Under the pieces are notes generated by a model that worked only from the letters and a program-made list of their open reading frames with translations, had not been told where the DNA came from and searched no databases. The translations under genes and the position numbers were made by a program. A stretch of DNA of 57,701 bases from Pseudomonadota bacterium (GTDB lineage: Bacteria > Bdellovibrionota_B > Oligoflexia > Oligoflexales > CAIYRB01): NCBI GenBank assembly GCA_031416315.1, contig JANOTL010000111.1:1-57701 (forward strand), read 5' to 3'. Below are positions 1 to 8,796 of the stretch, piece after piece (positions within the stretch are counted from its first letter, which is position 1; each line of letters starts with the position of its first letter).

Positions 1-1914
1 GCCGGCACGCGCCGCCGCCATGAGAGGCTGCGCATAGTCGTCGCCCGCTCCCGACAGATAGGAAAACGTGTCCGTCTTGGCGCCGCGCGCCAGGAGCATC
101 TTCACCGCCGGCAGCGAGCGCACGCGGACCGCGGTGTGCAGCGGCGTCTCCCAGTAGCAGAGCTTAGGATCGTCGAGCATCAGATCGTCGCGGCGGAGGA
201 GTAAGGCCAGCGAGGTCAGATCGGCGCGGTCGACCAAGGTGCAGGCTGCGACGCGGGAATTCGAGCCGCCGCCTCTCCCGGAGACGTTGGGGTCGACCTC
301 CGGAATTTCGACCAGTATCTCAAAGATGCGCGACCTGCCGTTTTCTGCGGCGATCGCGAGGTAGCCACTGGCGCGCAGGTCGAGCCCTGCGGCGACGCGC
401 GTCTGGAGAAAGGCCTCGACGCAGTCGGTATGACCCCAGGTGACGACATTCGCGAAAGGATCTCCCGAGTTGACGTCGATGGTTGGCGAGCGCAGCAAAG
501 CGCGTATCATGGCGACATCGCACGGTTGCCAGGGGTTCGGTCCACCGATGAGTCCGAGGAGTGGCCTCCCGTAATTGACATCCGCTCCTTTGGCCGCGAG
601 GAGACCGACGATCTCGTGAGCCTTCGCGTTGAGCGCATGCGCCAGAGCCTTCATGCTTTGGTCGTCGGTCATCTCGAGCGCCGCGCCGCGTTCGACGAGC
701 CACTCGGCGACCACGGCCTGCTTCGCCTTCGCCGCGATCATAAGGGGCGTCTGACCGTCGGCGTTCCGGGCGTCGATCGAGACGCCGTTCGCGAGGAAGT
801 ATTGCAAGCGCTCGAGGTTGCCCGCGGCCGCGGCTTCGTGAATGTCGTCGGCCGCCGAACCGAAGCTCAGGTACCAGCCGTCCCAGGCGAACACGAGCGC
901 GCAAAGGCCGGAATAGACCCCAGTGCAGAGCGCCCCCAGCTCTCCGGCGCTTCCACCGATGCGGCCGACCGGATGGTCGCCGACTTTCAGCTGCCCAGGA
1001 ACCGCGGTATCCGTCGGAAGGACGACCGAGTTCTTGCCGAGCTTCGTCTCCCCCGTGGAGCAGCCCGAATCGCTGCCCCAAAGGAGCCAGCCCGGAGTGC
1101 CCTTCGGCGGCAGCTCCGCTTCGCCGAAGCAGGCCGTCCAACCCACGGGCACGTTCCAGCTTGCTGCGACGTCCGGGGCGACGCTCCCGACGCGCGTCAC
1201 CACCGCCCAATGGTTCGGCGGGGTCGCGAGCTTGGTGCCGAGCGTGTCGGCGTGGCGGCGCATCTCGCTCCGCGCCGGCGCCGTGAAGCTTTGAAAGGAC
1301 GGGCTGAACAAGAAACCGACGAAGTCGATCAGAACCGACTTCTCCGCCAGCGCCGCGTAGACGAGCTCGTGGACGATGACGGCCGCCTGGTTACCCGCGT
1401 CGAGGAAGCCGAAGTCGCGACAGAAGCGAATCGTGCTCTGATAGCGATAAGCGACCTGCTTCTTGTTCGGATACGGGCTGTCGTCGTCGTGCACGTCGAG
1501 ACATTCGAGTCCCGCGTCGGACGGCACCCAGGTGTAGGTCGCCATCGCCTCGATCAGATGGCCGACGGGCAAGTAGGCGCCCGCGTCGGCCAGCCGGCCG
1601 CGCATCTCCGACAGTTTCGCGAGCACGATCGCGGTGACCGCCGGGGACGAGACCGGCTCGACGTAATAGCGGACGACCTGCACTTCATCCGGCGTGAGCG
1701 TGTTCGCGACGCCCTCCGAGACGTACGGCGCATCGTGAACGTTACGCATCGCGAGGTCGAGCGACACGAGCTTCCCGGAGATGACGACGCCGTAGCCGCC
1801 GTTTCGAGTTTCCGATGCTTTCAGCGCGGACATGGCCGCCGTCGGGTCCTGCGTTCCGCAGGCGTTGAGGGCGAAAATCGCGAGGCTGGCGAGCACGAAA
1901 CTTCGGAACATCAT
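1..1914 (-). CDS. Lipoprotein with N-terminal NGG/HExxY domain and C-terminal ankyrin repeats (3' end runs off window; absent from ORF track)
   Basis: Manual translation from ATG 1914 is open to position 1 (638 codons). It reads MMFRSFVLASLAIFALNA|CG (lipobox), ETRNGGYGVVISGKLVSLDL, NQAAVIVHELVY, then ankyrin motifs (IHEAAAAGNLERLQYFLANG, DGQTPLMIAA, AKGADVN, WETPLHTAV). ATGA overlap with the upstream stop. Confidence 0.85.
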   Translation of the reverse strand, partial: MMFRSFVLASLAIFALNACGTQDPTAAMSALKASETRNGGYGVVISGKLVSLDLAMRNVHDAPYVSEGVANTLTPDEVQVVRYYVEPVSSPAVTAIVLAKLSEMRGRLADAGAYLPVGHLIEAMATYTWVPSDAGLECLDVHDDDSPYPNKKQVAYRYQSTIRFCRDFGFLDAGNQAAVIVHELVYAALAEKSVLIDFVGFLFSPSFQSFTAPARSEMRRHADTLGTKLATPPNHWAVVTRVGSVAPDVAASWNVPVGWTACFGEAELPPKGTPGWLLWGSDSGCSTGETKLGKNSVVLPTDTAVPGQLKVGDHPVGRIGGSAGELGALCTGVYSGLCALVFAWDGWYLSFGSAADDIHEAAAAGNLERLQYFLANGVSIDARNADGQTPLMIAAKAKQAVVAEWLVERGAALEMTDDQSMKALAHALNAKAHEIVGLLAAKGADVNYGRPLLGLIGGPNPWQPCDVAMIRALLRSPTIDVNSGDPFANVVTWGHTDCVEAFLQTRVAAGLDLRASGYLAIAAENGRSRIFEILVEIPEVDPNVSGRGGGSNSRVAACTLVDRADLTSLALLLRRDDLMLDDPKLCYWETPLHTAVRVRSLPAVKMLLARGAKTDTFSYLSGAGDDYAQPLMAAARAG

Positions 1915-2744
1915 GATTTGATCCTTTCGGGAGCGGCGTCAGTCGTGAGGCGGAAGAGCTGTACGGCTAAGCAATAGAGCTCGGAGCGCGGCTCCTGCTC
2001 GAGGAGCGCGATCATTTGGCGGCGAAAGGCGGCAATCACGCGTTTCGCTTCGGGAAGACGCTTGGGGTCGATCGCGAAGGTCACGGTCGAGACGTCGCGC
2101 TCGTCGACGGTCTGCGTCTCGAGGGCCTCTTCTGCCTTGTGCAGGAGTTGGCGCGTCGTTTCGCGAATGGCAGCGGAAGCGACGCCGTCGGAGGTAGTCA
2201 GGTGCTTGTCAGTCTTGCGCCACTTAGTTTTAGAGCCTGGAACGCGGCAGAGGAGGCCCCGGCGCTTGAGCCGGTCGATGGCGTCGGTGACGGTGGCGAC
2301 GTCGAGGCCGAGGAGGGCCGCGATCGGCTCGGGTGCGAGCTCGACGCCGGGAATCTCGGTCAGCTCCAAGATGGCGAAGTGGTACCAGTCGGCGATCAGG
2401 CGATAGCCGTCGAGCGTCAGCTCGCGGAAAGCCGCGGCGTGCGTCGAGGTGGCGAGGTCTCGCGCAGCGGCGCCGCGGGTCGAAGCGGAGCGCGCGTCGG
2501 ATTTTTCGACGAGACGCTGGAATCGGCGTTGGTCGGTGCCGCCGAGCTTGAGCCGTGCCGCGACGCGTGTCGCCGTCGCCGGCGAGAGGCCCTTCGTGCC
2601 GCGCATGACGCCGCTGAGCTGCGGCGCCGAGATGCCCAGATCGCGCGCGAAGGCACGCAAAGAGTAGCGTGCATTTCCGGCGCGGCGGCGCGCGAGGACG
2701 TCACGCAGAAACGGCTGATAGTCTTCATAGCAGTCGAGCAGCAT
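1911..2744 (-). CDS. TIGR02147-family protein (HTH + DUF4423-like), putative regulator
   Basis: N-terminal 'YSLRAFARDLGISAPQLS' HTH, 'IADWYHFAILEL', and C-terminal 'ERDVSTVTFAID...Y.LAVQLFRLT' are typical of this family. Confidence 0.85.
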   Translation of the reverse strand: MLLDCYEDYQPFLRDVLARRRAGNARYSLRAFARDLGISAPQLSGVMRGTKGLSPATATRVAARLKLGGTDQRRFQRLVEKSDARSASTRGAAARDLATSTHAAAFRELTLDGYRLIADWYHFAILELTEIPGVELAPEPIAALLGLDVATVTDAIDRLKRRGLLCRVPGSKTKWRKTDKHLTTSDGVASAAIRETTRQLLHKAEEALETQTVDERDVSTVTFAIDPKRLPEAKRVIAAFRRQMIALLEQEPRSELYCLAVQLFRLTTDAAPERIKS

Positions 2745-3046
2745 CGGGAGTTTCCTTCGAGCTGCTCACGTACCATGCAGGAGCGGGGGTCGGGAAGAAC
2801 TGCGGTAACGCCGTGTTTACCGAGTCGCCGGCTTTGCCCGGTCGAGGCGGCGCGTGGGTGCGGGCGTTCGCCGAAAAAAACGTGATGAAATGGGGAGTTG
2901 CAGGGGACGCGGCTCCGCGGGTTTCCGATAACGTTTTCCGGCGGCTCGTCGTAGGGCGGCACACGCCAACTGGTGGATGCGCGCGATGCACAAGCAGACG
3001 AAGGCTTGAGCGCCGCCGAGTATGGGTGTGCAAGCGCCAAAAGAAG

Positions 3047-3063
3047 GGGCACGCGCATTGCAT
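3047..3063 (+). promoter_or_regulatory. Putative sigma-54 (-24/-12) promoter
   Basis: GGGCACGCGCATTGCAT matches TGGCACG-N4-TTGCW except at the first base. It lies ~46 nt upstream of ATG 3109. Confidence 0.5.
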
Positions 3064-3108
3064 CCTCGCCGGCGATACGCGATCAACTCCAACCGATCGG
3101 GAGACCAA

Positions 3109-3705
3109 ATGAGAAATTTGCTTTTGTTTTCAGCGCTTACCCTTGTCACGGCCGCCTGAACCCACTTGGAAACGCACGAGCCGCGTGATGTCGTGAGTCA
3201 CAAGAAGGGGACGGGGACGCCGTCGAGCACCGTCGGCAAGAAGAGAAGCGCGCCCACCAAGCGGAGAGTCGACAGAGTCGACACCGCCAAAGTTCCGGTC
3301 GGTTCCGAAGCGAAGCGGCTCGACACGACCACGGGTACGGACGCCAAGCGCGTGGAAAGTGCAGACGAGCTCGCCGTCACCACGACCGAGCCGATCGCCG
3401 ACGGCACCGAGGTCGACAACAGCAAGCGCAATGAAGTCGATCGCGACGACGCGACCCTGACGGCCGATGACCAGTCGAACGCGCGTACTGACGTCGAGAT
3501 CACGGCCGCCATCCGACGTAGCGTCGTTGCGCGTGATGGCATGTCGACGTACGGCAAGAACGTCAAAATCATCACTCAAAGTGGTCACGTCACGCTGCGC
3601 GAGCCGGTGAAAACCGAGAGCGAGCGGGCAATCATTACGGACCTCGCGCGTCAGACTCCTGGCGTCACGACCGTGACCAACGAGCTCAGCGTCACGAGTC
3701 ACTAA
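3109..3705 (+). pseudogene. BON-domain (OsmY-like) lipoprotein interrupted by in-frame TGA at the lipobox Cys position
   Basis: RBS GGGAGA then ATG 3109: MRNLLLFSALTLVTAA-TGA(3157-3159)-THLETHE, in frame with the 3166..3705 ORF. BON signature 'DNSKRNEVDR...TADDQSN...DVEITAAIRRSVV...MSTYGKNVKIIT..G.VTLR.PV'. Confidence 0.7.
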
Positions 3706-3719
3706 GCAAAGAGGGGGGG

Positions 3720-3744
3720 GCGCCGACGCGCTCCCGCGTCGCGC
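3720..3744. terminator. GC-rich hairpin between convergent genes
   Basis: GCGCCGACGCG-CTCC-CGCGTCGCGC lies between the stops at 3705 (+) and 3783 (-). No clear U-tract. Confidence 0.35.
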
Positions 3745-3782
3745 GATCGACGACACCGCGCGCCGGAGCCCCGTGAGCTGGT

Positions 3783-4142
3783 TTACTTGCCCGTGAAGTT
3801 CGCTGCCAGGTAGTTCCCCGGCAGCGAGAAGTACATGTAGAGCGTTCCTTTCGCCTTGTCCGTCGCCTTCGGATCCTTGAAGGTGACGACCCATTCCTTT
3901 TTCTTCTTCTTCTCGCCGAATTCCTTCTGCTCGGCACTGTCCGGCTCGATCGCCTTCCACGATGCGTCGACCTTGCCGTCGGTGATGAGCTTGTCGCGCA
4001 TCTTCTTGGCGACGTCGAGGATCTGCTCTTTCGAAGCCGGGGTGTGGGAGTGGGTGTGGGCCACGCCGCCGCCGTCGGCGAGTGCGCGGAATGCCGGGAG
4101 GGCAACGAGGGCGAGCGCGAGGACGAGCTTAGAGACTTTCAT
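3783..4142 (-). CDS. Small secreted His-motif protein, DUF6488-like
   Basis: Signal peptide MKVSKLVLALALVALPAFRALA, then HTHSH, 'EWVVTFKD...TLYMYFSLPGNYLAANFTGK'. Start overlaps the hupE-like gene end. Family name is from memory. Confidence 0.75.
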   Translation of the reverse strand: MKVSKLVLALALVALPAFRALADGGGVAHTHSHTPASKEQILDVAKKMRDKLITDGKVDASWKAIEPDSAEQKEFGEKKKKKEWVVTFKDPKATDKAKGTLYMYFSLPGNYLAANFTGK

Positions 4143-4848
4143 GACCGTTCTCCTTGGTTTCTTGTTCGAGCTGCATGTCCTCATGGACGTGCTTGTGCTC
4201 GTTGACGCTGAATTTGAGGTCGTCTGGCATGACGTCGTGCAGGAAGCCGTGCGTCTGCATGTAGAAAAGGAAGCAGCCGGCGATGATCAGCGCATTGTTG
4301 GCCGCCACGCTGAACTGCTTGAAATGGGTCGACCGACGCCAGGCGGCGAGGATCGCGACCATCGCGACGAGGGCGGCGATCTGGCCGACCTCGACGCCGA
4401 GGTTGAAAGACAAGATTCGGATCAAGATCCCCGTGGTGTCGTCGCCTAGCGGGAGCTGCTGCAACCGCGTCGAGAGACCGAAACCATGGATGAGGCCGAA
4501 CCCGAAGACGACGGCGAGGAGGTGCGGCGACTTCATGCCGAAGTGCTTCTGGAACCCGCCGTTGTTGTCGAAGCCCTTGTAGCAAACGCTGAGCGCGATC
4601 ACGGCGTCGATCAGAAAGTAGTTTGCGGTGATCTTGAAGAAGGTGGCGAACACCAACGTGATGCAGTGCCCGACGGTGAAAACGCTGACGAACTTCGTGA
4701 TGTCCTTGAAGTTGGTCAGGAAGAACACGACGCCGAACAGGAACAGAAGGTGATCGTAGCCGGTCAGCATGTGAGTCGCGCGCCACGTCGCCGGAATCCA
4801 GAGGATGGCGAGAATCAGAACGATGATGCGGGCTCGATTTCGCGTCAT
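4129..4848 (-). CDS. HupE/UreJ-family metal (Ni/Co) transporter-like protein
   Basis: 'THMLTGYDHLLFL', 'FTVGHCITL', 'FGLIHGFGLS', 'FNLGVEVGQ'; His-rich C-tail. Confidence 0.9.
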   Translation of the reverse strand: MTRNRARIIVLILAILWIPATWRATHMLTGYDHLLFLFGVVFFLTNFKDITKFVSVFTVGHCITLVFATFFKITANYFLIDAVIALSVCYKGFDNNGGFQKHFGMKSPHLLAVVFGFGLIHGFGLSTRLQQLPLGDDTTGILIRILSFNLGVEVGQIAALVAMVAILAAWRRSTHFKQFSVAANNALIIAGCFLFYMQTHGFLHDVMPDDLKFSVNEHKHVHEDMQLEQETKENGHESL

Positions 4849-4918
4849 TTGCCGTCGATCAATTGAATGGTAAGAAGCGTATGCCCTCCCAGGAGAAGGG
4901 TCAAGAAAGCACGTCGTC

Positions 4919-5554
4919 ATGAGCGATCCCTCCCGTCGAATTTTGGTGAGTCGCCTGCTGACCCACAGCGGGGATCAGGCGTGGGACTTTGCGCTGCCGC
5001 TCGCGCTGATCCAGGTGTTCCCCGGAGCAATCGGGCTCGTCTCGCTGTTCTATTTTGTCGTGCGCTTGCTGCACACGATCTTGGTGACGCCGATGTGCAG
5101 CATCATCGACCGCGTCGATCGGAGGACGGCGGTTCGCCTCGGGATCGGGGCTCAGTCTTTTGGAATCGTGCTCGCAGTCATCTGTGTCTTGAATCTGGCG
5201 CTTCTTCGACCGGGCGTTTCGCCTTGGGGGTCGACGACGACCAGTTGGCTCTTTATTGGCGCGATGGTTGCCGGAGTTGTGGCCTCCCTCGGTGCGGCGT
5301 TGATGGACGTCGCGATTTCCCAGGACTGGCTTCCGCATCTCGTCGCGCGCGATCGGCTTGCTGCGACCAACAGCTGGCTGAAGCGAATCGATCTCGCGAC
5401 GGAGGTCTCCGCACCCGTCGTCGCCGGGTTGCTCCTCGCGTTGTCGACTGAGAGTTTTCCACTCTTCGGATTTGCGCTGATCGCGGCGTGGAATTTAGTG
5501 TCGTTTCTGCCAGAGCTCGCTTTGCTCGAGGGTGTGCTCGGGTCGCAATCCTGA
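4919..5554 (+). CDS. Ferroportin (FPN1/SLC40-like MFS metal exporter), N-terminal half
   Basis: 'RLLTHSGDQAWDFALP', 'NSWLKRIDLATEVSAP', 'WNLVSFLPE' match Bdellovibrio BbFPN as I recall it. Ends at in-frame TGA 5552-5554. Confidence 0.85.
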   Translation: MSDPSRRILVSRLLTHSGDQAWDFALPLALIQVFPGAIGLVSLFYFVVRLLHTILVTPMCSIIDRVDRRTAVRLGIGAQSFGIVLAVICVLNLALLRPGVSPWGSTTTSWLFIGAMVAGVVASLGAALMDVAISQDWLPHLVARDRLAATNSWLKRIDLATEVSAPVVAGLLLALSTESFPLFGFALIAAWNLVSFLPELALLEGVLGSQS

Positions 5555-5593
5555 CTTCGCAAACCCGCGCCTGAGCGCAAGGAACGCCAGTCC

Positions 5594-6229
5594 GTGCTCG
5601 CGAAGCTAAGCGCAGGGTGGCGGGACTTCGCGGCGCAGCCCGCCGCTCTTGCGATGATCGCGTATGCCCTACTTTGGTTGACGGTGTTGAGCCCGCACGG
5701 GGTTCTGTTGACGGCATGGCTACGCACTCAGGGGCATCTTTCGGAGGCCGGAGTCGGAATTTTTCGCGGCCTAGGCGCGCTTTTCGGGCTCGTGGCGACG
5801 GTCGTCTTCCCATGGGTCCTGGCGCGAACGTCCCTGGTCGCAGCGAGCCGTGCGCTCATTATTTTTGAGGCAGCCTGTGTTGTCGGCGCCGCAGTCGCTT
5901 TCGCCGCGGGCGCAGGCTTCGCGGCTGCCTTCCTCGGCCTAGTGCTCTTGTCGCGAGTGGGGTTGTACGGATTCTCCCTCGGCGAGACGGAGATCCGGCA
6001 AGTCACGATCGATCCCGCTGTACGCGGGCGCGTCAACGGCTTTGCGAATGCATTGACGAGCATTGCGACGCTTGGGCTTTACGGCGCCGGCGCGTCGCTG
6101 GAGGGGCCAGAGCAGTTCAGCCTCCTGGTTTACGGCTCGGCTGCGTGCGTGACGGCCGGGGCTGTCGTCTTCGTTGCGTGGTCTAAAACTGTAGCGCGAA
6201 GGACTCCTGCGCTGAAATGCTCTTCATGA
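5594..6229 (+). CDS. Ferroportin, C-terminal half (same frame as N-half)
   Basis: 'YALLWLTVLSPHGVLLTAWL', 'GIFRGLGALFGL', 'LSRVGLYGFSLGE'. GTG 5594 is preceded by AAGGAA. Confidence 0.8.
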   Translation: MLAKLSAGWRDFAAQPAALAMIAYALLWLTVLSPHGVLLTAWLRTQGHLSEAGVGIFRGLGALFGLVATVVFPWVLARTSLVAASRALIIFEAACVVGAAVAFAAGAGFAAAFLGLVLLSRVGLYGFSLGETEIRQVTIDPAVRGRVNGFANALTSIATLGLYGAGASLEGPEQFSLLVYGSAACVTAGAVVFVAWSKTVARRTPALKCSS

Positions 6230-6260
6230 TCTCCACTCGACTTTCTCGCAGGAAAAGTCC

Positions 6261-8645
6261 TCACCGCCCGATCGATTCCTTAGCGTCTTCAGCAGCCTTC
6301 CCCGACTCGCCCCAGAGGCGACGACGCTGAACGACCCGCGCTGGACCGAAGTCGGAGAGCTCGCCCGAAGCGGAGCGTAGCACGAAGTTTTCGGTCGGGA
6401 GCTTGCTCAGGACGTCGGCATGATAGGCCTTGAGCGTCTCGAATTTGAGCCGAGAGTCCTTGGTCCAAGCCGTGATCGGGGTGAGGAACTCGATACGCGG
6501 ATGCTCGTCCGTATTCAGGACGGCGCCCTCCCGCGGCCGCCAGTCCCCTGCGTAGCCTTCCATCAACTCTTTCGGCCCGTCGAGCCACGACTTGTCGCGC
6601 GGTATGGGCGGAGGGCGTTTCGCGAGGCGTTGGAGTAGCCGTTCCGCGTCGACCTCCAGGCGACCTTCGGAGCCGATCAACCCTACGATCGTCCAGTGGT
6701 CATCGAGCTTCCCGTACCACATCGAGGTCGTAGGAAAGACCGCGGCAAAAGTATCCGCGATCATCTCGAGCTCGCGCGCGCCAAGTTGCCAAAGCGGAAT
6801 CCACTGGCAAAACAGCCCGCCCGGGTTCAGCCGCGCCCGGGCTGCGACGTAGTTTTCCGTAGTATATAAGTAGCCGGTATGACTTTCCCACGGCACGAAG
6901 AGATCCGCGATGATGGCGTCGTATCGCTTCTCGGTCCCATGCAAGTAATGCCGCCCGTCGTTGATGATAATCTTCGCTCTCGGGTCCGTAACGATGTTGC
7001 GGTTGTAGTCGCCGAACGTTGCCGCGCCACGAACGACGTCTGGCACCAACTCCGCGACATCGACTCGTTCGACCTCAGGATGATCGAGCGCCGCCCCTGC
7101 CGTAATACCGGTAGCTAGGCCAATGAACAGCACGTCCTTTGGGTTCGGATGCAACATCAAGGGCAGATGGGCTTGCCTGCGCTCCATCGTAACCGCGCTC
7201 GTAGACCCAAGGCCGTAATGAACATTAAGCCGCAACTGCCGATTGACCGAGTCTTCGTATTTGATGACATCGACCCAGCCGTACGCCGACTCCCAGCGAT
7301 CCAGCAGCCGCTCGTCCTCCTGGAGGCCGTGAAAATCACGCGCCGTGAAGACCGCCAGGGCCGCAAATCCGAAGGTTGCCGCGCCTACCGCGAGGTTGCT
7401 GAGCGACCTGCCCGCGGGAAACAGCGCGACCGCTGCAAGCGCATACATCGCGCCAACGGCGACGAAACTGCCCCACAGTCCGAGGAGCGGCAGCAAGACG
7501 AAGCTCGCAACCAAGGCGCCGGTGGCCGCGGCAAGCGTGTTGACGGCGGTCAAGCGTCCCACGACCGAGCTTGCGCTCTCCTGCTTCTCCGCAGCGCGCC
7601 AGGTCAACGGTAGGACGGCGCCCAGGAGCGCGACGGGGACGAGGATCACCATGCCGACGAGCGCAGAGACGGACGCGATGTAACTCCAAAACGAGTCACC
7701 CCCCTCGAAGTAGGTGAGCTTCGTCTGCAGCAAAAACATGACGAGAGAGCCGGGGATCGCGATGCCGCCAGCCTGACAAGCGGTGTGCAGCCATCGCTCC
7801 GCATCGACCCTTACTCGCAAAGCCGCGATGGCCCCAGAGCTTCCGGCCAAGCCTAGAAGAAAGACCGCGACGACCGCGCCGAACGAGTACACGCTGTTGT
7901 GGAGCACCAGCGAAAACAACCGCGTGTAGAGCACCTGAAGCGCCAGAATTCCGGCGCCGGACACCGCCGCAAGCGCTTGCCATCGCATCGTCTCTTTGCG
8001 GGCCGCGGTGGAATATGTGACTGGAGCCTTCGGCGCTGTACGCGCGAGCTCAGGCGTCGGCAGGAAAAATGCCGCGACGGCACACAGGAGCGAGATTCCG
8101 GCGCCGAGATAAGACGTCCTCGTGACGCCCACGAAAATTAGCAAGTAAACCGTCCCGACCACCACGCCGACGACGGCTCCGGCGACGTTCGCCGCATACG
8201 CAGCTGTTACGGCCGTTTGCGACGATCGGTCGCGGGAAACGTGCTCGGCCATGAAGGGTAGGGTCGCTCCGAGTGCGATCGTCGACGGCATAAGGATGGC
8301 AAACGCGAAGAGTGCCCGTACGCCCACCTGCAGAGAAGGTGATCCCTCGACGTTCAGCGCGAAGCCGAGCCTTGAGCTCGCCAACGCGAGGAAGAACGGA
8401 ATCACCAAGGCCCAGGCGGCTGCGACGGCTTCGCAGGCGGCGTAGCCGAGAATCGGCCGCCGCAGCGTCGCCGCGCGGCTTGATGCCAACCGGTAGCCGA
8501 TGGCCATCCCGAGGAAGTAGCTCCCGAGCACGACCGAGGACGACTGCACCGTCTGACCGAACAGAAGGCCGAGCTGCCGGTTCCACGAAGCTTCGTAGAG
8601 AAGACCGGCGGCACCTGAAAAGAAGAACAGCAAAATCGCGCTCAT
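6261..8645 (-). CDS. Fused multi-TM / spermidine synthase-like SAM-dependent transferase
   Basis: About 13 TM segments ('FFFSGAAGLLYE..W.R.L') followed by 'HPNPKDVLFIGLATGITAG', 'VAELVPDV', 'NDGRHYL', 'YDAIIADLF', 'LNPGGLFCQW'. Confidence 0.9.
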   Translation of the reverse strand: MSAILLFFFSGAAGLLYEASWNRQLGLLFGQTVQSSSVVLGSYFLGMAIGYRLASSRAATLRRPILGYAACEAVAAAWALVIPFFLALASSRLGFALNVEGSPSLQVGVRALFAFAILMPSTIALGATLPFMAEHVSRDRSSQTAVTAAYAANVAGAVVGVVVGTVYLLIFVGVTRTSYLGAGISLLCAVAAFFLPTPELARTAPKAPVTYSTAARKETMRWQALAAVSGAGILALQVLYTRLFSLVLHNSVYSFGAVVAVFLLGLAGSSGAIAALRVRVDAERWLHTACQAGGIAIPGSLVMFLLQTKLTYFEGGDSFWSYIASVSALVGMVILVPVALLGAVLPLTWRAAEKQESASSVVGRLTAVNTLAAATGALVASFVLLPLLGLWGSFVAVGAMYALAAVALFPAGRSLSNLAVGAATFGFAALAVFTARDFHGLQEDERLLDRWESAYGWVDVIKYEDSVNRQLRLNVHYGLGSTSAVTMERRQAHLPLMLHPNPKDVLFIGLATGITAGAALDHPEVERVDVAELVPDVVRGAATFGDYNRNIVTDPRAKIIINDGRHYLHGTEKRYDAIIADLFVPWESHTGYLYTTENYVAARARLNPGGLFCQWIPLWQLGARELEMIADTFAAVFPTTSMWYGKLDDHWTIVGLIGSEGRLEVDAERLLQRLAKRPPPIPRDKSWLDGPKELMEGYAGDWRPREGAVLNTDEHPRIEFLTPITAWTKDSRLKFETLKAYHADVLSKLPTENFVLRSASGELSDFGPARVVQRRRLWGESGKAAEDAKESIGR

Positions 8646-8796
8646 CGCCGAACCTTCTGCAAGCCAAAGTTCTATCTAATTCGGCCACTTACGCCAGATC
8701 CTTGAGCGAACGCGAATCGGTCCTAAAGGTTTTTTCGCAATTTCCGAAAGAGAGACCACGTCTTTCAAGTTCTTCGAGCCCCCGAGGACTCAGACC

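Noticed and set aside
430..1977. 515-aa plus-strand ORF
   Set aside because: In-register antisense shadow of the real minus-strand ankyrin lipoprotein (1914 to <1).
3157..5554. Genome-wide TGA reassignment suggested by two in-frame TGAs
   Set aside because: Many well-defined genes here end in TGA with ATGA/GTGA coupling (e.g. 1911, 14295, 19886, 51351), and conserved Trp/Gly/Cys use standard codons.
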